DNA of 64,000 bases from Candidatus Marinacidobacterium sp. (GTDB lineage: Bacteria > Acidobacteriota > Vicinamibacteria > Marinacidobacterales > Marinacidobacteraceae), in contig OZ242011.1 of NCBI GenBank assembly GCA_965204755.1, positions 256,001-320,000 of the forward strand, written 5' to 3'. A program made the position numbers and the translations under genes. The notes under the pieces were generated by a model that was not told where the DNA came from, ran no database searches, and saw only the letters and a list, made by a program, of their open reading frames with translations. Shown here one piece after another: positions 39,964 through 49,890 of this stretch (position 1 is the stretch's first letter; each line of letters opens with the position of its first letter).

Positions 39964-40302
39964 ATGATGAACTCTCCCGCCGTCCGGAGCCCTCCCGCCG
40001 TCGTCGAAGAAGCGCTCGCGCGGCTCGGTGGTCGGCTGCGGATCGCGCGCCTGCGCCGGAACCTGACCACCGAGGAACTCGCCTCCCGGATCGGGCTCTC
40101 CCGCCAGACCGTCTCGGCGGTGGAGCGCGGCCGACCCGGCGTCTCCGCCGCCGCGGTGTTCGGAGCGCTCTGGGCGCTGCGGCTGCTCGACCATCTCGAG
40201 CCGGTCGCCGACCCGGCGCGCGACGCCGAAGGGGCGGCGCTGGAACTGGCCCGCGGCCGGCGGCGGGCGCGCCGGCCGGCGGCGCTCGACGATGACTTCT
40301 GA
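39964..40302 (+). CDS. XRE-family HTH antitoxin (HipB-like)
   Basis: LGGRLRIARLRRNLT.EELASRIGLSRQTVSAVERG; overlaps HipA gene; AT-rich upstream region 39905-39963. Confidence 0.85.
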   Translation: MMNSPAVRSPPAVVEEALARLGGRLRIARLRRNLTTEELASRIGLSRQTVSAVERGRPGVSAAAVFGALWALRLLDHLEPVADPARDAEGAALELARGRRRARRPAALDDDF

Positions 40303-41596
40303 GGCGCGGCCCCCGGAATCGAACCGACCCCGATCCGACCGGCCGCGCCCGGGCGGAGGCCGCGCCTGCTTCGTCCACATCGTCCTGCCCGGGGAGACCG
40401 GGTTCACGGTCGCCGGGCGGTTCCGCGCCTCCCGAACGCCGGACGGGACGCCGATCGGTGAATTCGTCTATGGCCGCTCCTACCTCGAGCGGCGCGGCGC
40501 CGTGGAACTCGACCCCCGGGAATTGACGCTCGGCCGCGGGCAGCGGCGGACCGCGCGGCTCGGCGGCATGTTCGGCGCCCTGCGCGACTCCATGCCGGAC
40601 GCCTGGGGGCGCCGCCTCGTCGAGCGGCGGCTCGGCCGAACCGACCTCGACGAATTCGACTACCTGACCGCCGGAAGCCGGGATCGGGCCGGAGCGCTCG
40701 GCTTCAGCGACGATCCGCCGCCGCCCGCCGCGGAGGCCCCCCGCTCGACCCCGACGCTCGAACGCCTCGCTACCGAAGCGGCCATCCTCGCCGGGGATCC
40801 GGCGGCGGCCGTGCCGCCCGCGCGCGACCTCCTCTTCCCCGGCACTTCGCTCGGCGGCGCCCGCCCCAAGGCCACGGTGCTCGACGGAGACCGGTTGTGG
40901 CTGGCCAAGTTCGGCCTGCCCGGAGACCGCTGGGACGAATCCCGAGTGGAGCACGCGATGCTCCGCCTCGCCGCCCGGTGCGGCATCCGCGCCGCCGAGA
41001 GCCGCGTCGAAGCCGTGGGCGGCGGCCGGTCCGTGTTGCTCGTCCGGCGGTTCGACCGCGCCCGGAGCGGAACCGGATTCCTCCGCCATCGCCAAGTCAG
41101 CGCGCTCACGCTGCTCGGAGCCGACGACTCGCCGACGGACCGCCGGGGCTGGTCGTACCTGGAACTCGCCGACGAACTCCGCCGCACCAGCGTCCGCAAC
41201 CGGGAGGACCTCCGCCAACTCTTCCTCCGCATGGGCTTCAACGCCGCGACCCGCAACACCGACGACCATCCGCGCAACCACTGCCTGACCGCGGACGCCC
41301 GCGGTTGGCGGCTCGGCCCGGCCTACGACCTGACCCCGACGCCGGGCGCTTCCGCCGAGCCGCCGGACCTCGCCATGACCTGCGGCCGCCACGGACGGCG
41401 CGGCAGCCGCGAGAACCTGCTGAGCGGCGCCCCGCGGTTCCTGCTCGACCGAACGGACGCCGAGTCGCTGCTCGACGGCGTCTTCCGCGCCGTCGCCGCC
41501 GGCTGGCGCGAGGCCCTGGCCGAAGCCGGCGTGAGCCTTCGGGACGCGGAAACGGTCGCGCCCGCGTTTTCCCCTTCGGTAGTCTCCGCCGAATGA
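40292..41596 (+). CDS. hipA: HipA-family Ser/Thr kinase toxin
   Basis: DSMPDAWG, GTSLGGARPKA, LAKF, RRFDR, NTDDHPRNH, PAYDL. Confidence 0.9.
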   Translation: MTSEARPPESNRPRSDRPRPGGGRACFVHIVLPGETGFTVAGRFRASRTPDGTPIGEFVYGRSYLERRGAVELDPRELTLGRGQRRTARLGGMFGALRDSMPDAWGRRLVERRLGRTDLDEFDYLTAGSRDRAGALGFSDDPPPPAAEAPRSTPTLERLATEAAILAGDPAAAVPPARDLLFPGTSLGGARPKATVLDGDRLWLAKFGLPGDRWDESRVEHAMLRLAARCGIRAAESRVEAVGGGRSVLLVRRFDRARSGTGFLRHRQVSALTLLGADDSPTDRRGWSYLELADELRRTSVRNREDLRQLFLRMGFNAATRNTDDHPRNHCLTADARGWRLGPAYDLTPTPGASAEPPDLAMTCGRHGRRGSRENLLSGAPRFLLDRTDAESLLDGVFRAVAAGWREALAEAGVSLRDAETVAPAFSPSVVSAE

Positions 41597-43767
41597 CCGA
41601 AGGCACGCGGAACCGGCTCCTCCTTACCGCGGCGCTCGCGCTCGCGGGCGCCCTCCCGGCGGCGGCGCAGGAGCGGCGCCTCGCGGTGACGCCGGAGGAA
41701 ATCGAACTCCGGGTGGGCGAGACCGCCGACCTCGCGGCCGAGGTTCTCGGCCCGGACGGACGCGCGGAGGCGGGCGTGCGCGTCCTGTTCTTCTCCCTCG
41801 ACCCGGCCGATGTGAGCGTGAGCCACACCGGACTGGTCACGGCCCACCGGGCGGGCGAACACACGGTCGTCGCGCTCGCGCCCGACGCCGGAACGACCCC
41901 GGGGTTCACCCGCCCCGACGACCCGGGGATCCGGGTGGAAGTCCCGGTCCGCGCCCTCCCCTCCGAACTCGCCCGCCTCGCCTTCCACGACCTCCCGGAG
42001 CGGGTGTTCGTCGGGGCGAGCGTCCCGCTGCGGCTTCGCGCCGAGGACTCCGGCGCGGAACCGCGCGATGTGCGCGCCGAGATCACCGCCTCCCCGGAGG
42101 AAACGGCCGCCGCGGCCGCGTTCGGGCCGCTCTTCGAAGGGACCTACCACGCCCACCCGTTCTACGACCGGCCGCGCCCGCCGGTGGTCGCCGGGGACGC
42201 CGCCGGCGTGCTGCGCGCGCTGGCGCCGGGAACCGTGACCGTTACCGCCCGCCTCGGGGACCTCACCGCCGAAGCGGAGGTCGAGGTGCTGCCGAACCCG
42301 GCGGCGGAGATCGACCTCGCGGCGTCGTTCGGAGGCGAACCCCTCGCCGGCGCGATCCGGACCGGCGATGTCGCGCGCCTTTCGGCGTCGGTCCTGGACT
42401 CCGGCGGGAGCGCGGTTCCCGGCGCCCCGGTGCGGTTCCGGCTGGAGTCCCATCCCGACCCCAGCCGCGCCGAGACCGTCGGCGCCGGCGCCCCGGCCCA
42501 GGTGGCGGTCTCGGAGGACGGCGCGTCGGCGCGCTTCGTCGCGGAGCAGCCCGGCCTCTACCTCGTCTCCGCCGCTTCCGGGGCGGCGTTCGCCGAAGCC
42601 GCCGTCCGGGTCGTCCCCCGGGAAGTGGCGCAGACCCTCCAGTTCGTGGGACACGCCCCGGTGCGGGACCGGGGCACCTCCGATCTCTGGGTCTGGGAGG
42701 GGCCGGACGGGCGCGACTACGCCGCGCTCGGCACCTGGAACGCCGAAGGCCATGTCTATTTCTTCGATGTGACCGACCCCGCGGCGATGCGGCGGATCTC
42801 CGAAGTCCGGGTGGACGCCCGCACCGTGAACGATGTGAAGGTCTCCGCCGACGGGCGGATCGCGGTCATCACCCGCGAAGGGGCCTCGAACCGCCGCAAC
42901 GGGCTGGTCATCCTGGACATCGCCGACCCGGCGAACCCGGAAATCCTCTCCCGGTTCGACGACGAACTCACCGGCGGCGTCCACAATGTCTTCCTCCACG
43001 AGCGGCACATCTACGCGATCAACAACGGGCGCCGCTGGGATGTCATCAACGCCGAGGACCCCGAGAACCCGTTCCGGGTGGCGCGGTTCGAGGACCTGCG
43101 CCCCGGGCGCAGCGTCCACGATGTCTGGATCGAGGACGGCATCGCCTTCCAGGCGGGCAACACCGACGGGCTGGTGGTGGTGGATGTCGGCGGCGGCGGG
43201 CTCGGCGGCTCGCCCCGGAACCCGGTGGAGATGGGCCGCCTCTACCAACTCACCGGCTGGAACCACGCGGTCTGGCCGTTCCGCAGCCGGTCGGCGGGGA
43301 AGTTCTATGTGGTCACCGGCGACGAGTCCCACCCGGTGAACCCGCGGATCCCGGGCCCGATCATCTCCTGGGAAGAGCGGATGCCGTCCCGCGCCATGGG
43401 CTGGCTCCACTTCAACGAGTTCGACGACCCGGAGCGTCCGAAGGAAGTCGCCCGGTACCGCGTCCCCGACGCCGGGCCGCACAACCTCTGGATCGACACC
43501 GAGCGCGACCTGCTCTACGCCGCCTTCTTCAACGGCGGCCTGCGCGTGGTGGATGTCTCCGGCGAGTTGCTGGGCGACCTCTACCGGCAAGGCCGGGAAG
43601 TGGCGAAGTTCTACCCGGACGACCCGGAGGGCTTCGTCGCCAACGCGCCGTTCGTCTGGGGGCCGCAGCCCCACAAGGGCGTGGTCTTCTTCTCGGACTT
43701 CAACAGCGGCCTCTGGGCGGTCCGCCTCGCCCCCGCCGAAGACCGCTCCCCCCGCCCGGCGCCCTGA
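41593..43767 (+). CDS. Secreted Ig-like + LVIVD-repeat protein (paralogue 2)
   Basis: ATG overlaps hipA TGA (ATGA); signal peptide; long identical peptides shared with 37764-39863 (e.g. VDARTVNDVKVSADG, WGPQPHKG). Confidence 0.82.
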   Translation: MTEGTRNRLLLTAALALAGALPAAAQERRLAVTPEEIELRVGETADLAAEVLGPDGRAEAGVRVLFFSLDPADVSVSHTGLVTAHRAGEHTVVALAPDAGTTPGFTRPDDPGIRVEVPVRALPSELARLAFHDLPERVFVGASVPLRLRAEDSGAEPRDVRAEITASPEETAAAAAFGPLFEGTYHAHPFYDRPRPPVVAGDAAGVLRALAPGTVTVTARLGDLTAEAEVEVLPNPAAEIDLAASFGGEPLAGAIRTGDVARLSASVLDSGGSAVPGAPVRFRLESHPDPSRAETVGAGAPAQVAVSEDGASARFVAEQPGLYLVSAASGAAFAEAAVRVVPREVAQTLQFVGHAPVRDRGTSDLWVWEGPDGRDYAALGTWNAEGHVYFFDVTDPAAMRRISEVRVDARTVNDVKVSADGRIAVITREGASNRRNGLVILDIADPANPEILSRFDDELTGGVHNVFLHERHIYAINNGRRWDVINAEDPENPFRVARFEDLRPGRSVHDVWIEDGIAFQAGNTDGLVVVDVGGGGLGGSPRNPVEMGRLYQLTGWNHAVWPFRSRSAGKFYVVTGDESHPVNPRIPGPIISWEERMPSRAMGWLHFNEFDDPERPKEVARYRVPDAGPHNLWIDTERDLLYAAFFNGGLRVVDVSGELLGDLYRQGREVAKFYPDDPEGFVANAPFVWGPQPHKGVVFFSDFNSGLWAVRLAPAEDRSPRPAP

Positions 43768-43846
43768 ACCGGCGGCCTTCGCCGGCGCGCTCGACCGGCG
43801 CCGCGGCCGGTTCACCAACCGGGCCCGGCCCGGGTGGCAGATACCG

Positions 43847-43916
43847 TGTGTCAGAAAATATGTAGCAATTGGTCTGACACAGACGATTTGACATCTGAAC
43901 TGAGACACACCATAAT
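43847..43916 (+). promoter_or_regulatory. Sigma70 promoter with upstream inverted repeat (putative operator) for the vapBC-like module
   Basis: TTGACA 43888-43893, 17-bp spacer, CATAAT 43911-43916, ATG at 43923; TGTGTCAGA-N17-TCTGACACA at 43847-43881. Confidence 0.75.
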
Positions 43917-43922
43917 CCCGTC

Positions 43923-44246
43923 ATGCCGAAACACAAGGTTCAGGTGACTCTCGCCCCCTACGACTACGAGGCTGTCCGGCGCGCTGCAGAACGGCGGGGG
44001 CAAACGCTCGCCTATGTCGTGCGGGAAGCCGTGGTCGAGTACTGCGTGAAGCCGGACTCGAAGGAGCGCCGGCTCCGGGCGATCGACGAGATCGTCGCGG
44101 CGGAACCCGTCGACGCGCCCGAAGATCTGGAAGCCTGGGAACGCGAGTACAGCGCGATGAAGGCCGGCGGGGACTGCGGCGGAATCTCCCGCGAAGAGTT
44201 CCTTCGCATCACGAGCCCGCCGGACGACTCGTCCGATCCGGAATGA
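43923..44246 (+). CDS. CopG/RHH antitoxin
   Basis: KVQVTL...YEAVRRAAERRGQTLAYVVREAV; ATGA overlap with PIN gene. Confidence 0.8.
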   Translation: MPKHKVQVTLAPYDYEAVRRAAERRGQTLAYVVREAVVEYCVKPDSKERRLRAIDEIVAAEPVDAPEDLEAWEREYSAMKAGGDCGGISREEFLRITSPPDDSSDPE

Positions 44247-44704
44247 CCCTCCCCGACGAAATGGACGGCGCCGCCCGGTCGGAGGCGATCTTCGTGGACG
44301 CGAACATCCCCATGTATGCGGCCGGGAGGGACCCGAAAGCGCGGCAAGCGGTTGCGGCCGCCGTTCGCCACGCCGTGCAGAACGACATCCCGCTGGTCAC
44401 GAGCGCCGAAGTCTTCCAGGAGGTCCTCCACCGCTATTCCGCGCAGAGGGAGATGGAGACCGGGCGAACCGCGTACCGCTTCCTCGCGCGCATCTGCAGC
44501 GAGGTCCTGCCGGTGGAGGAACGGCACACCGCGCTGGCGCTCGAGTTGCTCCGGATCCATCAGCGCATCTCCGCCCGGGACGCCTTGCATGCGGCCGTCA
44601 TGGAGGTTGCGGGCATCCATTCGATCCTCACCGAGGATCGCCACTTCGACCAGATCCCGGGAATTCGCCGGGTGGCTCCGGCCGAACTGGCTTCGGAACG
44701 GTGA
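44243..44704 (+). CDS. vapC: PIN-domain (VapC) toxin
   Basis: FVDANIPMY, EVFQE, RDALHAA, ILTEDRHFD. Confidence 0.88.
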   Translation: MTLPDEMDGAARSEAIFVDANIPMYAAGRDPKARQAVAAAVRHAVQNDIPLVTSAEVFQEVLHRYSAQREMETGRTAYRFLARICSEVLPVEERHTALALELLRIHQRISARDALHAAVMEVAGIHSILTEDRHFDQIPGIRRVAPAELASER

Positions 44705-44780
44705 CCTCGCGACCGGCCGAATCCGCCGAAGCCCCTTCGACGCCGTGCGGCCACACTCCCGTTACGCCTGAGGCCCTTCC

Positions 44781-45293
44781 ATGCGCACTGCCCTACCCTT
44801 CGTCTTCGCCCTGGTGACCGCCTTGGCCTGGGGCCTCTACGGCCCGACCCTCGGCCAAGCCCGGCTGGCCGACGCGGCGGCGAGCCCGTTCAAGCCCTAC
44901 TTCGCCATCGGCATCGCCTACCTGGTGGTGGCGATCAGCGGCGGACTGCTCGGAATGTGGCTGCGCGGCGACACCTTCTCGTTCGGCGCCTCCGGCGCCG
45001 GCGCCCTGGGCTGGGGTTTCCTCGCCGGGCTCCTCGGCGCCGCCGGGGCCTTCGGCCTCACGATGGCGATGTTCACCGGCGGCGCCCGCATCCCCCACGC
45101 CGTGATGCCGGTGGTCTTCGGCGGCGCGGTAACCGTGAGCGCCCTCTACGGTTTCTTCACCTCCACCGCCGAATCCCGCGGCGGCCCCCTCCTCTGGCTC
45201 GGCGTCGCCCTCATGCTCGCCTCCACCATCCTCATCACCGCCAACACCCCCCATCCACCACCCCCGCCCGCCGCGGGATCGAGTGCCCGATAG
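44781..45293 (+). CDS. Five-TM membrane protein (DMT/EamA-like half)
   Basis: Five hydrophobic segments; WGLYGP, VMPVVFGGA. Confidence 0.65.
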   Translation: MRTALPFVFALVTALAWGLYGPTLGQARLADAAASPFKPYFAIGIAYLVVAISGGLLGMWLRGDTFSFGASGAGALGWGFLAGLLGAAGAFGLTMAMFTGGARIPHAVMPVVFGGAVTVSALYGFFTSTAESRGGPLLWLGVALMLASTILITANTPHPPPPPAAGSSAR

Positions 45294-45711
45294 CGTCGTC
45301 CTTCGCGGCCCTGACCGGCTCGCGCGAACGCTCACCCGGGACGCGAGAGCGGAGTTGCGGCGTCGGCTTCGGAGTTATCTCGATCTTCCCGAGGACTTGG
45401 GGCCGCCGGATATGGCGGGCAATCCCGTGGTGAAGCCGACGAGCGCCGCGGTAAACGAGGCGCTTCGATTCCTCGACGCCCTGCCGGCCGGCGTCCTGTC
45501 ACCATCGGTGAGTTGGGCTGAAGACGGCGAGGTCGGCTTCTATTGGGGCGGCGAAGGCATCTATGTGGATGTCGGCTTCTACGGCGACGGGAACATCGGT
45601 TACTACGCCAGTGTCGCGGCGGCGGGTATCGACCACGACGGAGACGAGGACTTCGCCGACGGGGCGCTGCCGCAGCCCTTGGTTTCGGCGATCGCCGCGC
45701 TGTCTCCCTGA
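45283..45711 (+). CDS. Hypothetical protein
   Basis: Protein-like composition; ALRFLDALP...DGEVGFYW...VDVGFYGDG. Confidence 0.6.
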   Translation: MPDSVVLRGPDRLARTLTRDARAELRRRLRSYLDLPEDLGPPDMAGNPVVKPTSAAVNEALRFLDALPAGVLSPSVSWAEDGEVGFYWGGEGIYVDVGFYGDGNIGYYASVAAAGIDHDGDEDFADGALPQPLVSAIAALSP

Positions 45712-45744
45712 GTCCGCCGGCCGCCGCCTCCCGGAGCCGGCGAG

Positions 45745-46821
45745 TCAGTCTTCCAGCAGCAATCGCAGGCCGGCGCGGGTGATTCCGGCGCCGCTGATTA
45801 CGAGGGCGGCGCGGCGGCGGCCTTCGCCGAGGTCGAGGTGGGAGAGGGCGGCCACGGGGAGGGCGGCGGAGCCTTCCACTACCGCGAACCGCTCCCGGAA
45901 GACGCGGCGCATCGCGTCGGCGATCTCCTCCTCGGACACCAGGATCCAGTCGTCGAGGAGGCGGGCGCAGAGGTCGAGGGTGATCGAGTCGGTCTCCACT
46001 CCGCCGGCGACGCCGTCGGCCAGGGTCGGCTCGAAGGGGACTTCCGTCCCCGACTCCAGGATGCGGCCGGCTTCGACGGAGGCGGCCAGCACCGCCGACG
46101 CCCGGGGCTGGCAGCCGACCAGGCGGAGGTCCGGGCGGCGGTGGCGCAGCCAGCCGGCGACGCCGGCGGCGAGCCCGCCCCCGCCCACCGGGATGAGCGC
46201 GGCGTCGAGCGGCTCGCCGCCGAGGGCGCGGTCCATCTCCAGCCCCGCCGTCCCCTGCCCGGCCACGATGTCCGGGTCGTTGTAGGGCGAGACGAAGGGG
46301 CGCCCGCCGCGCTCGGCCTCGGCGCGGGCGGCGCGCTCCGCTTCGATGGCGTCCTCCCCGACCAGCCGCAACTCCACGACCCCGGAGTAGCGCTCGGCCA
46401 GCGCGGCCCGCTTCGACTCCGCCACCGTCCGGGGGAGGAAGACGACTCCCCGTCCGCCGAGGCGCGAGAGCGCCCAGGCCACGGCGCGGGCGTGGTTCCC
46501 GGAGGAGGCGGTGACCACCCCCTCGCGGAGCGCCGCCGCGCCGCCGGTCTCCCGGAGCCGGAGCAGTTTGTTCAGCGCCCCCCGCGCCTTGAACGAGCCG
46601 GTGGTCTGGAAGCACTCCCACTTGGCGAACACCTCCCACCCCGGGCCGGGGGCGAGTCCCGGCGCCGGCTCGAACGGCGTTTCGGAGAGATACGGCGCGA
46701 GCCGCTCCGACGCCGCGCGGATCTCCTCCGGCAGCCTCTCCGCGAACCCCCCGGAAGCGGCCGCCTCCTCAGCCGGACCGCGCCGCCGACCCGCGCCGGA
46801 AGCGGGCGCCGGGCGGCTCAC
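45745..46821 (-). CDS. Threonine/serine dehydratase (PLP, fold II)
   Basis: KWECFQTTGSFKARGA, SSGNHA, PYND..AGQGT, PVGGGGL, TLADGVAG, VVEGSAA. Confidence 0.9.
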   Translation of the reverse strand: MSRPAPASGAGRRRGPAEEAAASGGFAERLPEEIRAASERLAPYLSETPFEPAPGLAPGPGWEVFAKWECFQTTGSFKARGALNKLLRLRETGGAAALREGVVTASSGNHARAVAWALSRLGGRGVVFLPRTVAESKRAALAERYSGVVELRLVGEDAIEAERAARAEAERGGRPFVSPYNDPDIVAGQGTAGLEMDRALGGEPLDAALIPVGGGGLAAGVAGWLRHRRPDLRLVGCQPRASAVLAASVEAGRILESGTEVPFEPTLADGVAGGVETDSITLDLCARLLDDWILVSEEEIADAMRRVFRERFAVVEGSAALPVAALSHLDLGEGRRRAALVISGAGITRAGLRLLLED

Positions 46822-46910
46822 CCCGAAGGCCCGGACGCCCGGAGGTCAGTTAGCATTTCCGGTTCCCCCGCGCCCCGCGCCGCCGAGCCGATCTCCATGG
46901 AGAAGAGTCT

Positions 46911-48545
46911 ATGAGTCAAGGCATCCAGTCCGTCCCCCGCCCCGCCAACGAGCCGGTCCTCGGCTACGAGGCCGGGAGCCCCGAACGCGCCGCCCTCCAG
47001 GCGGAACTCGAACGCCAGTCCGGGGAGACCCTCGAGATCCCCGCCATCATCGGCGGGAAGGAAGTCCGCACCGGCCGACTCGCCGAAGTGCGCTCCCCCC
47101 ACGACCACGGGAAACTGCTCGCCCGCTACCACGAGTCCACTCCGGAAGTCGTGGAGCAGGCGGTCGCGGCGTCGGCCGCCGCCTGGAACGAGTGGTCGGA
47201 ACTCGACTACCGGGCGCGGGCCAGCCTCTACCTGCGGATCGCCGACCTGCTCGCCGGCCCCTGGCGGGCGCGGATGAACGCCGCCACCATGCTCGGGCAG
47301 TCCAAGACCTGCCACCAGGCGGAGATCGACGCGGCGTGCGAGTTCGCGGACATGCTCCGCTTCAACGCCTACTTCCTCGACCGGTTGGTGCGCCAGCAGC
47401 CGGCCGGCGAGAACGACCCCGGCATCTGGAACTACCTGGAGTACCGGGCGCTCGAGGGTTTCATCTTCGCGGTCAGCCCGTTCAACTTCACCGCCATCGG
47501 CGGAAACCTCCCCACCGCGGCGGCGATCATGGGGAACACCGTCGTCTGGAAGCCGGCGGAAGCGCAGATGCTCTCCGCCTGGTACCTGATGCAGATGTAC
47601 CGGGAAGCCGGTCTGCCGGACGGCGTCATCAACATGGTTCCCGGCAACGGCCCGGTCATCGGCGGGGCGGCGCTCACCCGGGAAAACCTCGCCGGGGTGC
47701 ACTTCACCGGCTCCACCGCCACCTTCCAGCACATCTGGAAGACCATCGGCGAGAACATCTCCGGCTACCGCTCCTATCCCCGCATCGTCGGGGAAACCGG
47801 CGGCAAGAACTTCGTCGTCGCGCACGAGAGCGCGGACACCGGGGCGCTGGTCGCCGGACTCATCCGGGGCGCTTACGAGTACCAGGGGCAGAAGTGTTCG
47901 GCCGCTTCGCGGGCCTATCTGCCGGAGAGCCTTCGCGGCGAGTTCCTGGATCGTTTCCGCGAGGAAGCGAAGACGGTCCGGATGGGCGATGTCGCGGACT
48001 TCTCGAACTTCATGGGCGCGGTGATCCACGAGAGATCGTTCGACAAGGTGTCCGGTTACCTCGACCACGCGAAGAGCGATCCGCACTCCGAGGTCGTCAC
48101 GGGCGGAGGCGCCGACCGTTCCGACGGCTGGTTCGTCGAGCCCACGCTGGTGGTGACCGACGATCCCGCGAACAAGTTGATGACCGAGGAGATCTTCGGC
48201 CCGGTGCTCACCGTGTTCTTCTATCCCGACGACCGGTACGGCGAGACGCTCGACCTCTGCCGCGACACCTCCCCCTACGGGCTCACCGGGGCGGTGTTCG
48301 CGAACGACCGGCTGGCGGTGGAGCAGGCGTACGGCGCGCTCCGCCACGCCGCCGGCAACTTCTACATCAACGACAAGCCCACCGGCGCGGTCATCGGGCA
48401 GCAGCCCTTCGGCGGCGGCCGCGCTTCCGGCACGAACGACAAGACCGGCGCCGGCTCCCACCTGCTGCGCTGGACGAGCATGCGCACCGTCAAGGAGAAC
48501 TTCGCCCCGGCGAAGGACTACCGCTACTCCTTCCTCGACTCCTGA
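46911..48545 (+). CDS. pruA: L-glutamate gamma-semialdehyde (P5C) dehydrogenase
   Basis: NEPVLGY, QAEIDAACE, PFNFTAI, FTGST, GETGGKNF, EYQGQKCSA, EEIFGP, GQQPFGG. Confidence 0.95.
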   Translation: MSQGIQSVPRPANEPVLGYEAGSPERAALQAELERQSGETLEIPAIIGGKEVRTGRLAEVRSPHDHGKLLARYHESTPEVVEQAVAASAAAWNEWSELDYRARASLYLRIADLLAGPWRARMNAATMLGQSKTCHQAEIDAACEFADMLRFNAYFLDRLVRQQPAGENDPGIWNYLEYRALEGFIFAVSPFNFTAIGGNLPTAAAIMGNTVVWKPAEAQMLSAWYLMQMYREAGLPDGVINMVPGNGPVIGGAALTRENLAGVHFTGSTATFQHIWKTIGENISGYRSYPRIVGETGGKNFVVAHESADTGALVAGLIRGAYEYQGQKCSAASRAYLPESLRGEFLDRFREEAKTVRMGDVADFSNFMGAVIHERSFDKVSGYLDHAKSDPHSEVVTGGGADRSDGWFVEPTLVVTDDPANKLMTEEIFGPVLTVFFYPDDRYGETLDLCRDTSPYGLTGAVFANDRLAVEQAYGALRHAAGNFYINDKPTGAVIGQQPFGGGRASGTNDKTGAGSHLLRWTSMRTVKENFAPAKDYRYSFLDS

Positions 48546-48617
48546 CCCGCCGCGCGGGCGGCCGGTTTCCGCAACCGCCCGCGCCTCCCCCGGCGGCGAA
48601 ACGCCGTCACTGCTCCG

Positions 48618-49847
48618 TCAGGGCAGGCGCAGCACCACGATCCGGTTGGTGTTGGTTCCGGAGCGGTTGTTCTCGACGCCCCAGGTGTTGGAGGTCTTGG
48701 TGAACTCCTGTTCGTTCACGACGAAACAGACGAGGGCCCAAGCGCTGTCGCGCGCCACCTCCGCCACGACCCGATCCAGCAGCAACGAACCCTTGCGGAC
48801 TTCGCCGACCTCGAAGGCGAAGACGCTGCCGCTTTCCGAGATCGCCGCCACATTGTCGAGCGCGGCGCGCACCAGCGCTTTCCATTCGTCGAGTTTCCCG
48901 GTCTGGGTGATCCCGACGCGGGCCGGTTCGATACCGGCGAACCAGCAGCGCATCCAGTTGTCCGCGCGGTAGTTCACGATGTCCAGGAACGGCGGCGAAG
49001 TCACCGCCAGCCGCACCGGCGGGCCGTCGTAGCGGAACGGTTGGAGAACGGACTGTCCGAAGAAACCGCGGGAAGTCCCCGAAGGCGCCCGCAACGGAAG
49101 GTCGCGCAGCAGGGAGCGGGTCTTCCGCAGGATGAGCGCGGGGACTTCCCGATACTCCGGCGCCTGTCCCAACCGCTCGTTGTTCTTCCGTTGCCGTTCC
49201 AGGGACGCCGCCTGGTTCGGGGGCAGCGTATAGACCGAGAAGAACCCCCTGGAGTGGCCGGTCAACCGGTTGAGCGCCACCATCCGGATCCAGCGATCGA
49301 CCGCGTCTTCCGATCCGTCCGCGCGGCGCGCGGCGAGGTAGCCGCGTAACCGGCAGATCTCGTTCAGGGTCTCCGGGTGGAAGAAGACCCGGAGGTCCTC
49401 CGGGCAGTCCGCGGGTTCGTCCAGCGCGAGCGCCGCCAGCCGCGCCTCGACGGCTTCCGGGGGCGGCGGGTCGAGACGCGGTTCGATCATCAGCCGGGCG
49501 AGCGGATTCACATCGTTGCCCAGGGTGTCCCGTCCGGAAAGCGACGCTTCGAGCAAGGTGGTGCCGCGCCCCATGAACGGGTCGAACACCAGGTCGCCCG
49601 GCGCGGTCAACCGGCGGATGAAGAACGCCGGCAGTTGCGGCTTGAAGCAGGCGCGGTAGGAGACTTCGTGGAGGGAATGCCCCGCCCGCTGTTTCGCCGT
49701 CCAGTATTCGTTGGCGAATACCGGAGCGCCGCCGTACTCGGAAACGGCGGTCGGTTTCCCGAAACGACGCCATCCTTCGAGTTCGCCGAGGAACTCGTCG
49801 GGCGCGCGCCGCCTCTCCGTCTCGAAGAGCGGCGCTACCGCGGCCAC
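48618..49847 (-). CDS. Orphan amino (N4-C/N6-A) DNA methyltransferase
   Basis: SAM-binding FDPFMGRGTT precedes catalytic VTSPPF; no adjacent endonuclease. Confidence 0.82.
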   Translation of the reverse strand: MAAVAPLFETERRRAPDEFLGELEGWRRFGKPTAVSEYGGAPVFANEYWTAKQRAGHSLHEVSYRACFKPQLPAFFIRRLTAPGDLVFDPFMGRGTTLLEASLSGRDTLGNDVNPLARLMIEPRLDPPPPEAVEARLAALALDEPADCPEDLRVFFHPETLNEICRLRGYLAARRADGSEDAVDRWIRMVALNRLTGHSRGFFSVYTLPPNQAASLERQRKNNERLGQAPEYREVPALILRKTRSLLRDLPLRAPSGTSRGFFGQSVLQPFRYDGPPVRLAVTSPPFLDIVNYRADNWMRCWFAGIEPARVGITQTGKLDEWKALVRAALDNVAAISESGSVFAFEVGEVRKGSLLLDRVVAEVARDSAWALVCFVVNEQEFTKTSNTWGVENNRSGTNTNRIVVLRLP

Positions 49848-49890
49848 TGCGCCCCGGGGAACCGACGAACGACCGAGACCCCGCGCGGCC

